Below the pieces are notes generated by a model. That model searched no databases, was not told the origin of the DNA, and was given only the letters and a program-made list of their open reading frames with translations. A program made the translations under genes and the position numbers. 64,000 nt of DNA from Paragordius varius (lineage: Eukaryota > Animalia > Nematomorpha): NCBI GenBank assembly GCA_964247055.1, contig OZ176058.1, forward strand, positions 4,278,001 to 4,342,000, read 5' to 3'. Numbering within the stretch: the first letter of the stretch is position 1; each line of letters starts with the position of its first letter. Below, piece after piece: positions 52,237 to 64,000 of this stretch.

Positions 52237-52667
52237 TATATATAAAAATACCAAATTTTGAAATGGTAAATTCACACTAGCTTCGAGTTCATAAATTGAG
52301 AATAGTCATTAGATAAATTAAATGAAAGATAGAATCTGTAGTTAATATCTTTAAATATAATTGCAAAACTTAGGGCCTTGCTTTTTCTGGTCTTTGCTTT
52401 TTCTAGTCTTAAAATTACTGCTAATAGAATTCAATTTTTTTCCCTGTTTTACCTTTCTTAGTTGTTATGAGAAACTTGGTGACCATCAGAAAATATTTTT
52501 AATGTCTTAAAAAAAGATTTCACCTTATTCTCTCAAAGACGAAAAAAGATTAAAAAATCTCTCAATAGTACCTTTTGTCTCAATGGAATAATTCCCACTA
52601 TCCTCTAATAATCGCAAACAATAAGACATCCACCGCTCTATCGACAGAGACTGCGCCTATCCCTTAA

Positions 52668-53243
52668 CACTTGGATACAACACATTCATTTCAATCCTTC
52701 GATTCGAATTGGGGTTTTATAGCCCAGTCTGTTTAAACTTAAATTTTATAAAAAATATGGAAGGATTCGAAACCATGGCAAAATTTTGCACCTATATAAC
52801 ATTAATAAACCAAAATATAGAAAATTTATTTATTCAAAAATATTTTTGATATTACTTATTTTAGCTAAAACCAAAAAAAAAATTTGGTCAGCGTGACATG
52901 TGTGCAATAGTAAAATTGATAAATAATACAAAATAAACAGCATTTTCTATTTCTATCAATGCTATATGTAATTTAAATAAAAAATTAGCTTTGATTTTAC
53001 TCTTAAAATTAAATAAAGACAATATTGCAAATATTTTGTAAAATAAAAATGGCGTTTAAGTAGTTTTATATGAAATTTTTTTTTCAAAATAAAATTTTAT
53101 TTAGAATATTTAACACATTTATGTAATTTTTATTAGGATAGAAGCATAAATATAAATTGGGACCGTTTCATTCAATAGTTTTTTTAAAATCCCAACTCAA
53201 ATTTAGTCTGGGGTATTTAGACACCCCAATTTAAATCGAAGTG
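52668..53243 (-). mobile_element. piggyBac-type MITE family P1
   Basis: TTAA|CACTTGGATACAA ... TTAAATCGAAGTG|TTAA. Confidence 0.9.
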
Positions 53244-55067
53244 TTAAAGCTTCAGTGTATAATTTTAATAAATAACAAAACACAACATATTATGGTAAAG
53301 AAATTCTTATTTTTTGGTAGTAAAAATTTTTTCTGTTAGTCATCAACTTTCTTTCAAACTTTAGAAGAGAAAACAACTAAAGGTAAGAAATCAACAGAGA
53401 ATAAAAAATTATTTTACTGACAATAATTTCCGATTGCTTTACAAATAAGACCAAAAAATTAAAAACCACAACCGATATAGAAAACGCATCTTTAAGCGTG
53501 TCTTCAGTTAACCACCTTTTTTCAATGGTGTGTTGAAGTTAGAAAAGCTTTGAACTTTGAATTTTAGTTTTTGACTCATAAACTTTAATATCAGCTTTAT
53601 AAATTTTTAGTTAGTCAATTTATAACCGAAAATTACGATAAAACTAACTAGCTTAGAGTCTATAAATGAAAAAGTAAAAAATAATTTGTATTTTTGAAAC
53701 TAGGCAATACTATTAATATATTATCTACTTGTTAACCTTATTCATCGAATCAATTTAATTTTTACCATTTGCATGATATTTTGATGATTATCTATGTATT
53801 TATCAAATAAAAACATTTTTTAAGATATAATGTAAATTACGTGGATGATATTTTATATTCTATGTTATAGACAATTTCCAAATAGACGATGTTTTTTCCA
53901 TTCCAGAAAACGCGCCATCATAGATTCACCGATACCTCAAGCAAATAAGGAGAAAAATTAACAGTTATATACAATATCAAAAGATAAAATAAATTATCTA
54001 AAACTATATAGCGTTGCTTAGTAGTCTATATACACTCCACAGGTGGAATAATATATAATTCCGTTAAAATAAATTCTAATAAGAAAATGTTAAGGTTTCA
54101 TAGTCTTTTTGGTTTTAGCCCACTATAGAAAGTTATTTATTTATGGTATGTGCTCGTAATCAGAAAATGGCAAAATTTGCTCTATTTTATTAAAAGAGGC
54201 CTCATTCCAAAAAATATCACTGAAAATATAAAAATTAAAACAATATTTTCAAAAATAAATTAATTTTTAAATGTGGGCTTCGAGACACCCTAATTTTTTT
54301 CTTCTTATATCATGGGCTAGCCTCTTGAAAATAAACGTAAAAATGGCGGAATCGTGCTATAATTTTAAAAATATATCTAAATTTTGATATCAAATACATA
54401 ATTTTTCAAAATGAGCATACTTTTTCAATTAGATTTTTCGCAAAATTTTGTTCAAACTTACATCAACCCCTTTTTCAGCATGATGGAAAAAGGTATAAAA
54501 ACTCTCCAATACATTATAAAACATCTTTTCAATTTGTTGTTAAACATTCCTATTAAAATTTAATTAAAACATTTGTTCGTATTCATATTTATCTTAAATA
54601 AAAATTGTGTTTTTTACAAAAATAAGCTAAAATATTTAGTCAAAAAACATTTAAATTATTCTGAAGCGATTAAAATGTTGAGGATGTTTCAAACTGTTTT
54701 ATCATGACAAATAGTAAGAATTGCCTTTCAACAAAATTTTGAATAAATTAAATTTTTGACATTCGTTTGAAAAATGTTTTTTGTTAGTATCAAAATTTAC
54801 CATATATAAAATGTTTATCGTGCAACCCGCATTTTTGCGTTTATTTTAATATGACTAGCCGTTTTTGAAGTCCAGAAAAATTTGAGATTATCGGATTCCA
54901 CATCTAAAAATTATTTTTTTCAAAAATTAATTTATGTAGCTTATAATATATTTTAGTGATACTTTATGAAATGAAGCGGCTAGGTTTCACCAAAATATTA
55001 CTTTAAAAAATGTATTCAAATTTTGCCACTGCTGATATGACAACAAAACTGGAATTAATATTCTCAC

Positions 55068-55616
55068 CACTTCGATTTAAATTTTGGTATCTAAATACCC
55101 CAGACAATATTTAAGTTGATACTTTTAAAAAACTACTGAAAGAAACGTTTCACTTTAAATTGCTTCTATCTAGATTAAAATTATATAAATAATCCAAAAT
55201 ATCTAAAAATAATTTAGTTTTAAAAAATCCTTATTAAACTTTTTGGATACGCCATTTTTATTTTTAACCATTTTAAAAAATATAGTGTTTATTTGATTTT
55301 AACGGTAATATTATATTTAAATCACATCTTACATTAATATAAACAGGAATGGTTTACTTTGCATTATTTTTATATTTAGGTTATGCACACATGTCATGTT
55401 GGCTAACCTTCGGTATTTACCTTTGAATAAGTATTATCAAAAGTATGTTTGAATAAATTTTTTTTATGTTTTGGTTTATTATGTTATATAGGTGCAAAAT
55501 TTTGCTATGGTTTTAATTTCCAAATTTTTCGAAATATATAATTTTAAAAAACCCTGTGGTATACATCTATTCCAATTTAACTCCAAAAACTGAATCGAAT
55601 GTGTTGTATCCAAGCG
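55068..55616 (+). mobile_element. piggyBac-type MITE family P1
   Basis: CACTTCGATTTAA ... TTGTATCCAAGCG|TTAA. Confidence 0.82.
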
Positions 55617-56133
55617 TTAATATTTAAAATTTTAATGATAAACTAACAGTTTTGAAAAGTAATCATTCTTGGTTTGTTAAACATATTATCTAATATTTCT
55701 ACAGGTTATAATTAAATGTTATCTATGTAAAAAATGAAATAGACTAATACAAATGTTAATAATTTTGCATTTTTGTTATTTTTGGGAGGAAGAGGGGCCC
55801 AATTTATTAAAATTAGTAAACGTGAGCAAAAAAATATGGGTACACCACTGCACTAGAGCATATTAAAAAATACACATAATACGTAAACATATTTTTTAAA
55901 AAAATTAATTTTTCGATAAGGGCCCCGAAAGTCAAACTCTTTTTGCTTTTATATAATGTGAGAATATGCTATTTTTGATATCAACTGAATTTTTTTTTAA
56001 AAAAGCCTATTCTTTTAAAAAATTTAATTTTAAAAAAAATTTGGTTAAGCGTCATAATATTTAAAAACATAATGGCAACGAATAAAAACGCTAGAAATTA
56101 TAACATTTTATAAATAAAATTAATAATTCTTAA

Positions 56134-56699
56134 CACTTCGATTCAAATTGGGGTATCTAAATACCCCAGACTAAATTTAAATTAAAATTTTTAACTACTA
56201 AAGGAAACGTTTCCAATTTAAGTTTATGCTTCTATACTGATAAATACTATATAAATATGCCAAATTATCTTGATATAAATTTGTTTTGAAAAAAAGTTCC
56301 ATCTGAAACTACTTCGACGCCATTTTTATTCAAAATTTCTGCAAAATATCGTCTTCATTTAATTTTAAGCGTAAAAGCTTATTTTTTATATATACATCTA
56401 ACATTGATATAAATAGAAAAAGCGGTTTATTTTGTATTATTTTTTAATTTAACAATTTAACACATGTCACGTTGACTAAATTTTTACCTTTCAATTTTAG
56501 CTTAAAATCAGTAATATAAATTATTTTTGAATAAATTTTTTTATATATTTTGGTTTATTAATGTTATATAAGTGCAAAATTTTGCGATGATTTCGATTGT
56601 TTCCATACTTTTTAAACTATTTGATTTTAAATAAGCCTGGGGTATCCAACTACCCCAATTTGAATCGAAGGACTAAAATGAGTGTGTTGTATCCAAGTG
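56134..56699 (+). mobile_element. piggyBac-type MITE family P1, exemplar (566 bp)
   Basis: TTAA|CACTTCGATTCAA ... TTGTATCCAAGTG|TTAA, with internal GGGGTAT..ATACCCC palindromes near both ends. Confidence 0.92.
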
Positions 56700-57329
56700 T
56701 TAACATCTACCTTCAAAAATAAATAAAAATCTAATTTATGTTAAATTTGGTTTAAATGTTTTCCCCAGAATAAGAAAGAAAACAAACCTTTAAATCAAAA
56801 TATTGAGGTGATATTAATGTCAAATTATCGAATTATTTAGACAAAGTGTATTTGCATCTCAAACTGTTTTTAAGCCGTTTTTATCATGACCCATAGCATA
56901 TTAAATGTAATTTTAAAAAACTTTAATTGATATCAAAATTTGGCATATTTAAATTTTCATCTTATCTCATTGCGTGTTTTTAAAAGAAATAGCTCTTTTT
57001 ATAGGCTATGGGGATTTTTAAAGCCCGCATCTTAAAATTAGTTTATTGAAAATTGTTTGTGCATGCAGTTTATAATATATGTTAAAGATATTTGTTGGCA
57101 TTGAGCTTTAGAAAATTTTATGTAACAAGTTACTATCTGATAACCATGTTTTTACATAAGTGTAGATAACTTAAAATTATTTGAAATACAAATACACATT
57201 AATGATACATATTTTTATCGGAATTTTTTTTCATCATAATAGCAATACTCTAAATTTAGACATTGTGAAATATTTAGTAATGAATATTATATTTTTTTAC
57301 ATCTGTGAAACTTTTAATTCTACGTTGAT

Positions 57330-58112
57330 ATGTACGAATTCAAAAACATTATTTCAAACGTATTTCATGGCAAAATTTCTGATATAAAATCTTATCAAAT
57401 CCTAGATTTACAAGATGAATCCCAAAATCAAACCCTGATTAATATGGAACAATTTAATGCATCAAATGAACAACAATACACATCAAATAGCAATCAACAT
57501 CTATCCAAAGAAAAATCTGATTATTTTAGTTTTTTGAAGTTGAATATGAAGGAAAGATTGTATATTTCTACTGCGCTTTTAATGTTTTCTCTATTGACTT
57601 TTATGTTATCTTGCATGTTTATCCCAGTTCTTATATTGAAGGCTCGAAAATTTGCGCTTTTATATTCAATGAGTTCACTAAGTGGATGTTTTAGCATACT
57701 TATTCTTTCTAAAGGCTTACCTCAAATCAATTGGAATTTTACATCTATTCTACCCAATACTTTGGGCGTCAAAACAACTTTTTCCCATATTAAATATCAA
57801 ATTTTGACGCCGCAAAGCACCAATATTATTTCAAACAACAATAATTGTCAGGAAAATAATTCTTCAAATAATCCCAAAAACATTTCATTATTTTCTAACA
57901 CGTCTTACACTTTCTTGGCTTATCTATTTTTTTCAATTCTTACCATTTATTCGGCTGTCGGTTTAAAATCTACCGTACTTACGGTTTTGTTTGCCATACT
58001 TCAGAGTTTGACGCTCATAATTTATGTTTTAAAACTGTTTCCTGGTAGTTCTTACACGCTCGGATTTATTCAAAAAATGTTGTTTTATACTTGTACCAAA
58101 TATTTTAAATAA
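57330..58112 (+). CDS. SFT2D3: Vesicle transport protein SFT2 family, SFT2D3-like, intronless (260 aa)
   Basis: Four hydrophobic segments; motif FIPVLILKARKFALLYS corresponds to SFT2D3 PVLLLRARKFALLWS; extended N-terminus as in SFT2D3/Sft2. Confidence 0.82.
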   Translation: MYEFKNIISNVFHGKISDIKSYQILDLQDESQNQTLINMEQFNASNEQQYTSNSNQHLSKEKSDYFSFLKLNMKERLYISTALLMFSLLTFMLSCMFIPVLILKARKFALLYSMSSLSGCFSILILSKGLPQINWNFTSILPNTLGVKTTFSHIKYQILTPQSTNIISNNNNCQENNSSNNPKNISLFSNTSYTFLAYLFFSILTIYSAVGLKSTVLTVLFAILQSLTLIIYVLKLFPGSSYTLGFIQKMLFYTCTKYFK

Positions 58113-58397
58113 AACTATTTCCATCTCATTTGTCAAAAAGATTTAGTTAATGTTTTAACACTTCGATTGAAATTGTGGGGTATCTAAATACCCCAGACTG
58201 AATTTAAATTAAAATTTTTAAAAAACTACTAAAGGAAACGGTCCCAATTTAAATTTATGCATCTATCCTCATAAAATTTATGTAAATTACCCGAAATATC
58301 TCAATAAAATTTAGTTTTGAAAACATCCATATCAAAATACTTAGGGGCCATTTTAACGTTTTTGCATATTTAATTTTAAAGCTCATTTTTTATTTAA

Positions 58398-58975
58398 CAC
58401 TTCGATTCAAATTGGGGTATCTAAATATTCCAGACTAAATTTAAATTAATATTTTGAAAAACTACTGAAGTAAACGGTCTCAATTTAAATTTATGCTTCT
58501 ATCCTGATAAATATTATATTAATATACCAAAATATCTTGATAAAATTTTGTTTTGAAAAAAAAGCTTCATCTCAAACTACTTCGACGCCATTTTTATTTT
58601 ACAAAATTTTTGCAAAATATCGTCTTTATTTAATTTTAAGGGTAAAACTAAAGCTAATTTTTTATATAAATTACATCTAACATTGATAGAAATAGAAAAA
58701 GCGGTTTAGTTTGTATAATTTTTCAATTTTACAATTTGATACATGTCACGTTGACGAAATTTTTACCTGGTTTTAGCTTAAAAAAAGTAATATCAAGTAT
58801 TTTTGAATAAAATTTTTTATATTTTTCGGTTTATTAGTGTTATATAAGTGCAAAATTTTGCCATGGTTTTGATTCCTTCCATAGTTTTTGAAGAATTTAA
58901 TTTTAAACAGGCTTGGGGTATTTAACTACCCCAATTTGAATCGAAGAACTAAAATGAATGTGTTGTATCCAAGTG
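58398..58975 (+). mobile_element. Inner piggyBac-type MITE P1
   Basis: Complete copy with TTAA on both sides, inside another P1 copy. Confidence 0.92.
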
Positions 58976-59339
58976 TTAAATCACATCTAACATTGATAGA
59001 AACAGTGGTTTCTTTTGTATAATTTAAATTTAGCTAATAAACACATGTCAAGTGAACTAAACTTTTACATAAATTCACCTTAAATTAGTAATATCAAGTA
59101 TTTTCGAATGAACTATTTTATATATTTCGGTCATCAATGTTATATGAGTTCAAATTTTTATCATGTTTTTACATTCCTTATTTTTTATATTATTTATTTT
59201 AAACGGGATTGGGGTATCCAACTATCCCAATTAGAATCGAAGGACCGAAAATGTTTTGTATCTAGGGTTGTGCATTTGACTGTTCTTTCTAAAAAGTCCG
59301 GTCAGACCACGGTCATGACCACTTTTTACATAAGTAAAT

Positions 59340-60719
59340 ATGCGAGGAAATTCTGGATTAAATTTTTTGGAGCATGTATTTAATAAAGTTGTTTCAACGT
59401 ATGAAATCCCGGTTGAATGGAAGGAAAGTTTAACTGTGCCTTTATTTAAAGGAAAAGGTGATATAAATGAATGTAGTAACTATAGAGGGATAAAACTTAT
59501 GTCGCACACTATGAAATTGTTTGAAAAAATAATTGAAAAGCGAATCAGGAAAATGATATCTATAGAAGGAAATCAATTTGGTTTCATGCCAGGAAAGTCA
59601 ACAGTAGATCCTATACATGCGGTTAGGAGGTTGATTGAAAAACACATTGAAAAAAAGAAAGAATTACACGGGGTTTTGATTGATATAGAGAAGGCGTTTG
59701 ACAGGATTCCTAGAGAAACTATTTGGTGGAGTCTCCGTCGTAAAAAGGTGCCAGAAAGTTATATTAAGTTGTTACAAATAATGTACGAATCACACACCTC
59801 CAGGATTAAAACTCCACAAGGTTTATCAGAGCCCTTTTCAATAAAGCATGGAGTCTACCAAGGCTCATCACTCAGCCCCTTATTGTTTATAATTTGTATG
59901 GACGAGGTAGCCAAGGTTGTTAATGTGAGTTCAGGATGGTACTTAATGTATGCAGATGACATAATCATCTTGTCTGATTCATTAATTGAGTTAAAGCGAA
60001 CGGTAAACAGATGGGTTGTTATGCTGGATCAATATGGTCTGAAAGTAAACAAAGCAAAAACCGAACTTATTACTTTTGGGGGTCCACAACATGAAATGGT
60101 AGTTGATGATAGTTGGGTTCTGAAGGGTAAAGAAAGTTGCAAATATCTGGGAGCTATGTTAAGTGCAGATGGTTCGTTAACTGACGATATTAATTTAAGA
60201 ATAAAGAGCAGCTGGGTAAATTGGAAGAAAATTTCGAGCGTATTATGCGATCGAAATATTGATGTTAGAGTGAAAGGTAAGATTTACAGTTCAGTTGTCC
60301 AGCCCTCAATGATATATAATTCACAGACATGGGGTGTCAAAAAATCCGAAGAAAGACAATTTAACGTGACTGAAATGAAAATGCTCAGAATGATGTGTGG
60401 GGTAACTAGAAAGGACAGAATCGAGAATAGATTTATTCGTGGGAGCACAGATATTAAACCAATAGTGGAAAGAATGTCAAAAAATAGGCTACGTTGGTTC
60501 GGGCACATTGAAAGGAGAGATTCTAATTATATTGCAAAAATAATAGATGGTTATATAGTTGAGGGAAAACGAGGACGTGGGCGGCCTAAAACAAAATGGA
60601 TAGATACAGTAAAAAGAGAGCTAGCAGAATACGAGCTTAATGCAGAGGACGCCACAGATAGAGTTTTATGGCGAGACAGGTTGTATAAGATGACCGCTCT
60701 CACGAGTGAAAACATGTAA
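59340..60719 (+). CDS. RTE-clade non-LTR retrotransposon reverse transcriptase (5'-truncated, uninterrupted 459-codon ORF)
   Basis: WKESLTVPLFKGKGD..CSNYRGIKL, QFGF, DIEKAFD, GVYQGSSLSPLLF, YADD, KYLG, RLRWFGHI..GKRGRGRP..W..DR..WR (RTE C-terminus). No APE endonuclease domain. Confidence 0.93.
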   Translation: MRGNSGLNFLEHVFNKVVSTYEIPVEWKESLTVPLFKGKGDINECSNYRGIKLMSHTMKLFEKIIEKRIRKMISIEGNQFGFMPGKSTVDPIHAVRRLIEKHIEKKKELHGVLIDIEKAFDRIPRETIWWSLRRKKVPESYIKLLQIMYESHTSRIKTPQGLSEPFSIKHGVYQGSSLSPLLFIICMDEVAKVVNVSSGWYLMYADDIIILSDSLIELKRTVNRWVVMLDQYGLKVNKAKTELITFGGPQHEMVVDDSWVLKGKESCKYLGAMLSADGSLTDDINLRIKSSWVNWKKISSVLCDRNIDVRVKGKIYSSVVQPSMIYNSQTWGVKKSEERQFNVTEMKMLRMMCGVTRKDRIENRFIRGSTDIKPIVERMSKNRLRWFGHIERRDSNYIAKIIDGYIVEGKRGRGRPKTKWIDTVKRELAEYELNAEDATDRVLWRDRLYKMTALTSENM

Positions 60720-60738
60720 TGTAATAATAATAATAATT
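59353..60738 (+). mobile_element. 5'-truncated RTE LINE insertion
   Basis: (TAA)n tail just after the stop; possible short AATT TSD; empty site visible at ~8935-8945. Confidence 0.88.
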
Positions 60739-61812
60739 GTTAAAATAAGGTTTGATCGACACTTGCCTTTCTCTTATAATGTGATGTTTTTCCTTAAAAG
60801 TTTGTATTTTTTGGATATTTATTATTTACAAATATTTTCAATCAAATTTAATCAAGAATTTTGTTTTCAAATAATTTTGCCATATATTTGTGGCCTTCTA
60901 AATCTTCAAATACCTAGCTTTTAATCCTTGATATTTCAAATATTATTTTACCTTGTTTGTTTTACACTTTACATCATTGGAATATCCAATTACCAGAGGT
61001 TTTTCATTTTATTGGTTAACATATATGGAATAGCATATTTTGCAAAGTGCTGATTGTTTTGCTTTCGAAATAAATGCTAATGTTTTAAGGATGCATGTTT
61101 AACAATTATATTCTTAAATAAGCATATTTAAATTTTCTAAAAAATATATTACAAACTAATCATACTATCTCTCTTCCAAAAAAATTTTATCATCAATATT
61201 TCAAAAAACAGCTGTTTTTATAAATGACCATGATCAAAAAATAAATAGTCACTTCAGCATAACTCTAGTTGTATTAGGGTTAATCTTACTGGATCTCAAA
61301 TTTTACCCTAAAAATAATTTGTGTTTTGGGTTTAAATCATCATTATATATAATTTGTTGGCATATATCAGTCTACTCAAATCGCAGCCCACCAAGTCTGT
61401 CAAATAACATCAAAGTATTATCGGCAGCCTAAAAACAAATTTTTTTTTTGGTTTTTTAAAAAATATGCCGAGTATTATTAGCATAGATTTCATTTTTTAC
61501 AAATGTTAGTTATAAACAAAGTTTTTATAACAATGTTAAAGTATAACTTATTTTTAGGGTAAACAAAAAAAGTGACTGAAATGTCGAGAATAAATTAAGG
61601 ATGAACTAGAGGTGTAAATGGCAGTGTTGAGAGCTTAATTATCTTTCATTATATTATAATAAATTAATACTGATTTTCCTAAATTGGTTCCCTATGATAT
61701 GACTCTATATTTGAAAGTATTATTTTAAACACTTGCCAAAATTTGTTTAGATTTGGATTTTAAGCGCAAAATCTAATCCTTATAAAAAATTCTGCTAAAA
61801 ATGTGTTTTTAA

Positions 61813-62502
61813 CACTTTGTGACCTTTTCACTTCTAATTCATCCGCGTTGACATATTAGGTAGAGCTCACTCCTATAAATAAACTACTGATTTAAAAGTT
61901 ATCCTTTTAAAAAATTAATTATTAAACATTGTCTCATGTTTAAGAATAAAAAGCTTATATATTTTACAGTTTTGTATAGATTTTAAAATTAAAACAGCTC
62001 CAAAACGCGAATGAAACAAACAGGTGATATTAATATCTAAATATATTTATCAAGTTTTTGCTGTTAAAGTGAGTCTAAAAGTTTTTTATAGATTAAAATT
62101 ACTTTTTAACCATAATTTACATTTAAAAAGTTTATGGGGGCACAAAAGTTTGAGATGAGGATTTTATAATTTTTTTAAAAAAAATTGTATAAAGCGCCTA
62201 AAAGGCTAAAGGAGGCATATTTGTGAATTGAATTTAATACCTTAAATATATTTTGAGATAATTACAGTAAGCATTTTAATGATTGCTTATTTTATACTAT
62301 AGTTGTATAGTTTTTGCCACACAGTAATGTATGGAAAAAAGAAAGGAAATAATTGTTTATTCAACATTTCGTTGTTTGATTTTTTATACACTACTGTGTT
62401 GCAAATTGTCCAACTATAGTGTAAAATAAGCAATCATCCAAAATGCATATTGTAAATTTCGATTCTATGAAATGCAAAACTACCCCAAAAGGTCAAGGAG
62501 TT
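61813..62502. mobile_element. piggyBac-type MITE family P2 carrying a nested MITE
   Basis: TTAA|CACTTTGTGACCTTTT ... AAAAGGTCAAGGAGTT|TTAA. Confidence 0.8.
62265..62452. mobile_element. Small TA-flanked MITE nested in P2
   Basis: ta|CAGTAAGCATTTT..GATTGCTTATTTT..CTATAGTTG / CAACTATAG..AAAATAAGCAATC..AAAATGCATATTG|ta. Confidence 0.8.
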
Positions 62503-64000
62503 TTAAAATTGATACCATATTTTGATCTTAGTGCTCAATAATATGTCTTGACTTGATAAAGTTCTTATGAATTAATTAATTTCGAGGTGCTCATTAATTA
62601 GAAGGCTTCTAACAAATAAATAGAGTTTGTGTGGATTTGTCATTCGAGGATTTAAAATATTGTCTTAATTAGGACTTTTCCACCTATTACTTTTAATAAT
62701 AAAAATAATAGGAGGGTTTTAAACAAATTTGTTTTATGTTTATAAAAATCTTACATATGCAAAGGAAACAAAATTGCACAATTTTTTTTCTGTTTTAGAT
62801 TGAAAAATGAGTTACATAAAAAATAAATATGATTGTGGAGTCTTATAAGGTTTTTTTAATATTAAGGGGGGGTTTTAGATATATCAGCGCAAGGAAAAAC
62901 ATATACTGCGTACAATAACTTATCTATAAACGTAATAAAGACAAATAAATTTTTAAAATCAGGCTTACTTAAACCTTGATTTACAGTATGAGTAAGTATA
63001 GATTGATAGAAAGTTATTAATTATTACCATTAGTAAATACAGCAAAGGGCATTATTGGCTAATAATACAAGTGAAAAAATATTTATAACCCAATAATACT
63101 GCCCTTTGTTGTATATGATGATATTTGGAAATAAGTAATAACTTTCTAGCAATGTATGCCAATTCATACTGTTAATTACATCGTTTCCAATTCCAATTTT
63201 TATCAAACTGTGTTCACAATAAATAAAAATTAAACAATATAATATAAATATTTATTCCATCAAAATATAATATATACATATTTTAATAAATATAAAAATA
63301 AAATATATAAAAATAAAATAAATAAATATTTAATAATTAATCCAGGCCAGACTTTCAAACCAAATACCACATCCTCCACCAACGAAGCCCCATATTTTTT
63401 ATTTTATCATATTTTTGAATTTTCGAAATTATTAATATATTAAAAAATAAAAAATATTTAGAAATATTTAAATAATATTAAGAATGAAAAATATTTTTGA
63501 AATATTTAAGTAATATTAAGAATTGAAAAAATTAAATCAATAAATTACCGAAAACATGCCATATGGTAAAAAATTTTGCTGGATATTCTGCATTTGCAAA
63601 GAATATAATTAAATTTAAAATTATAACTTTGTTAATATATAAGACAAGTCGAAAATCTAAAAAAATCTATAAAAAAAACTATTTTTTAATCCTAAATAAC
63701 CTTATATTTTATATTATGTGATTATCAATTTCTTTCTATCAGATCATATTTTGTAACTCAAAATAACATAGGTTATAATCCAAAAATACAGGTGAAAATA
63801 TGATGTTCTTAAAAATATATATTTTTCACTCTCATATTTATATATTTATAAATTTTTGGATTAAAAACGGTTTATAAAAAGCATTTATTGTTTTAATCAA
63901 TTCTTATAATAAAATTTTTTAAAAAATATCCAAAAATCCGCGTAATTTAGAAATTCATTATATTTTTAAACTAAAGTACTTTTTTGATATATTACAGTCA

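Larger units (their letters stand above)
59263..61267. mobile_element. hAT-type non-autonomous element (TAG termini) interrupted by RTE
   Basis: TIR TAGGGTTGTGCA / rc TAGAGTTATGCT; 8-bp TSD tttgtatc/gttgtatt; body homologous to 8825-9523. Confidence 0.75.
58159..61279 (+). mobile_element. Outer piggyBac-type MITE P1, split by nested insertions
   Basis: TTAA|CACTTCGATTG at 58159; body resumes after 58979; right TIR split at 59262 and completed as gttgtattaggg|TTAA at 61268-61283. Confidence 0.75.

Noticed and set aside
53780-53870. YVDDIL, an RT-like motif
   Set aside because: No other RT motifs in frame and stops nearby; a six-residue match is insufficient.
60284-60924. 74-aa minus ORF and 72-aa plus ORF around the RT
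   Set aside because: Antisense shadow of the RT, and read-through of the (TAA)n tail into hAT sequence.
1-64000. tRNA, rRNA or other structured ncRNA genes; organellar or prokaryotic origin
   Set aside because: No cloverleaf, A/B-box or rRNA-like sequence seen by eye. Spliceosomal introns and eukaryotic TEs indicate nuclear DNA. A tRNAscan/Infernal run would be needed to exclude small RNAs.

Overview
Very AT-rich (roughly 20-25% GC by eye), gene-sparse animal nuclear DNA with GT-AG introns; the lineage cannot be fixed from sequence alone. Manual splicing of fragments that the ORF track splits or misses gives these host genes: SS18/SS18L1-like BAF subunit (7 exons, minus strand, 592 aa); head-to-head with it, UQCRFS1 Rieske protein (6 exons, plus, 262 aa); intronless SFT2D3; a basic K/R/S-rich orphan ORF; and two unrelated small secreted six-cysteine proteins. 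One of the secreted genes is present twice in a ~6 kb direct segmental duplication that also copied the last two SS18 exons, still intact. The rest is largely transposon-derived: >25 copies of a pogo/Tc1-type MITE, ~12 copies of an unclassified MITE with 21-bp subterminal repeats, two piggyBac-type MITE families, hAT remnants (Buster-like and ZMYM1-like), a non-autonomous Helitron, and a 5'-truncated RTE LINE inside a multi-layer nest. The leads most worth following are the duplicated secreted Cys-rich genes, the possible alternative SS18 C-terminus, RFX X-box and E-box palindromes embedded in coding exons, and tandem arrays anchored on exon ends. All gene models are manual predictions with no expression or database support.
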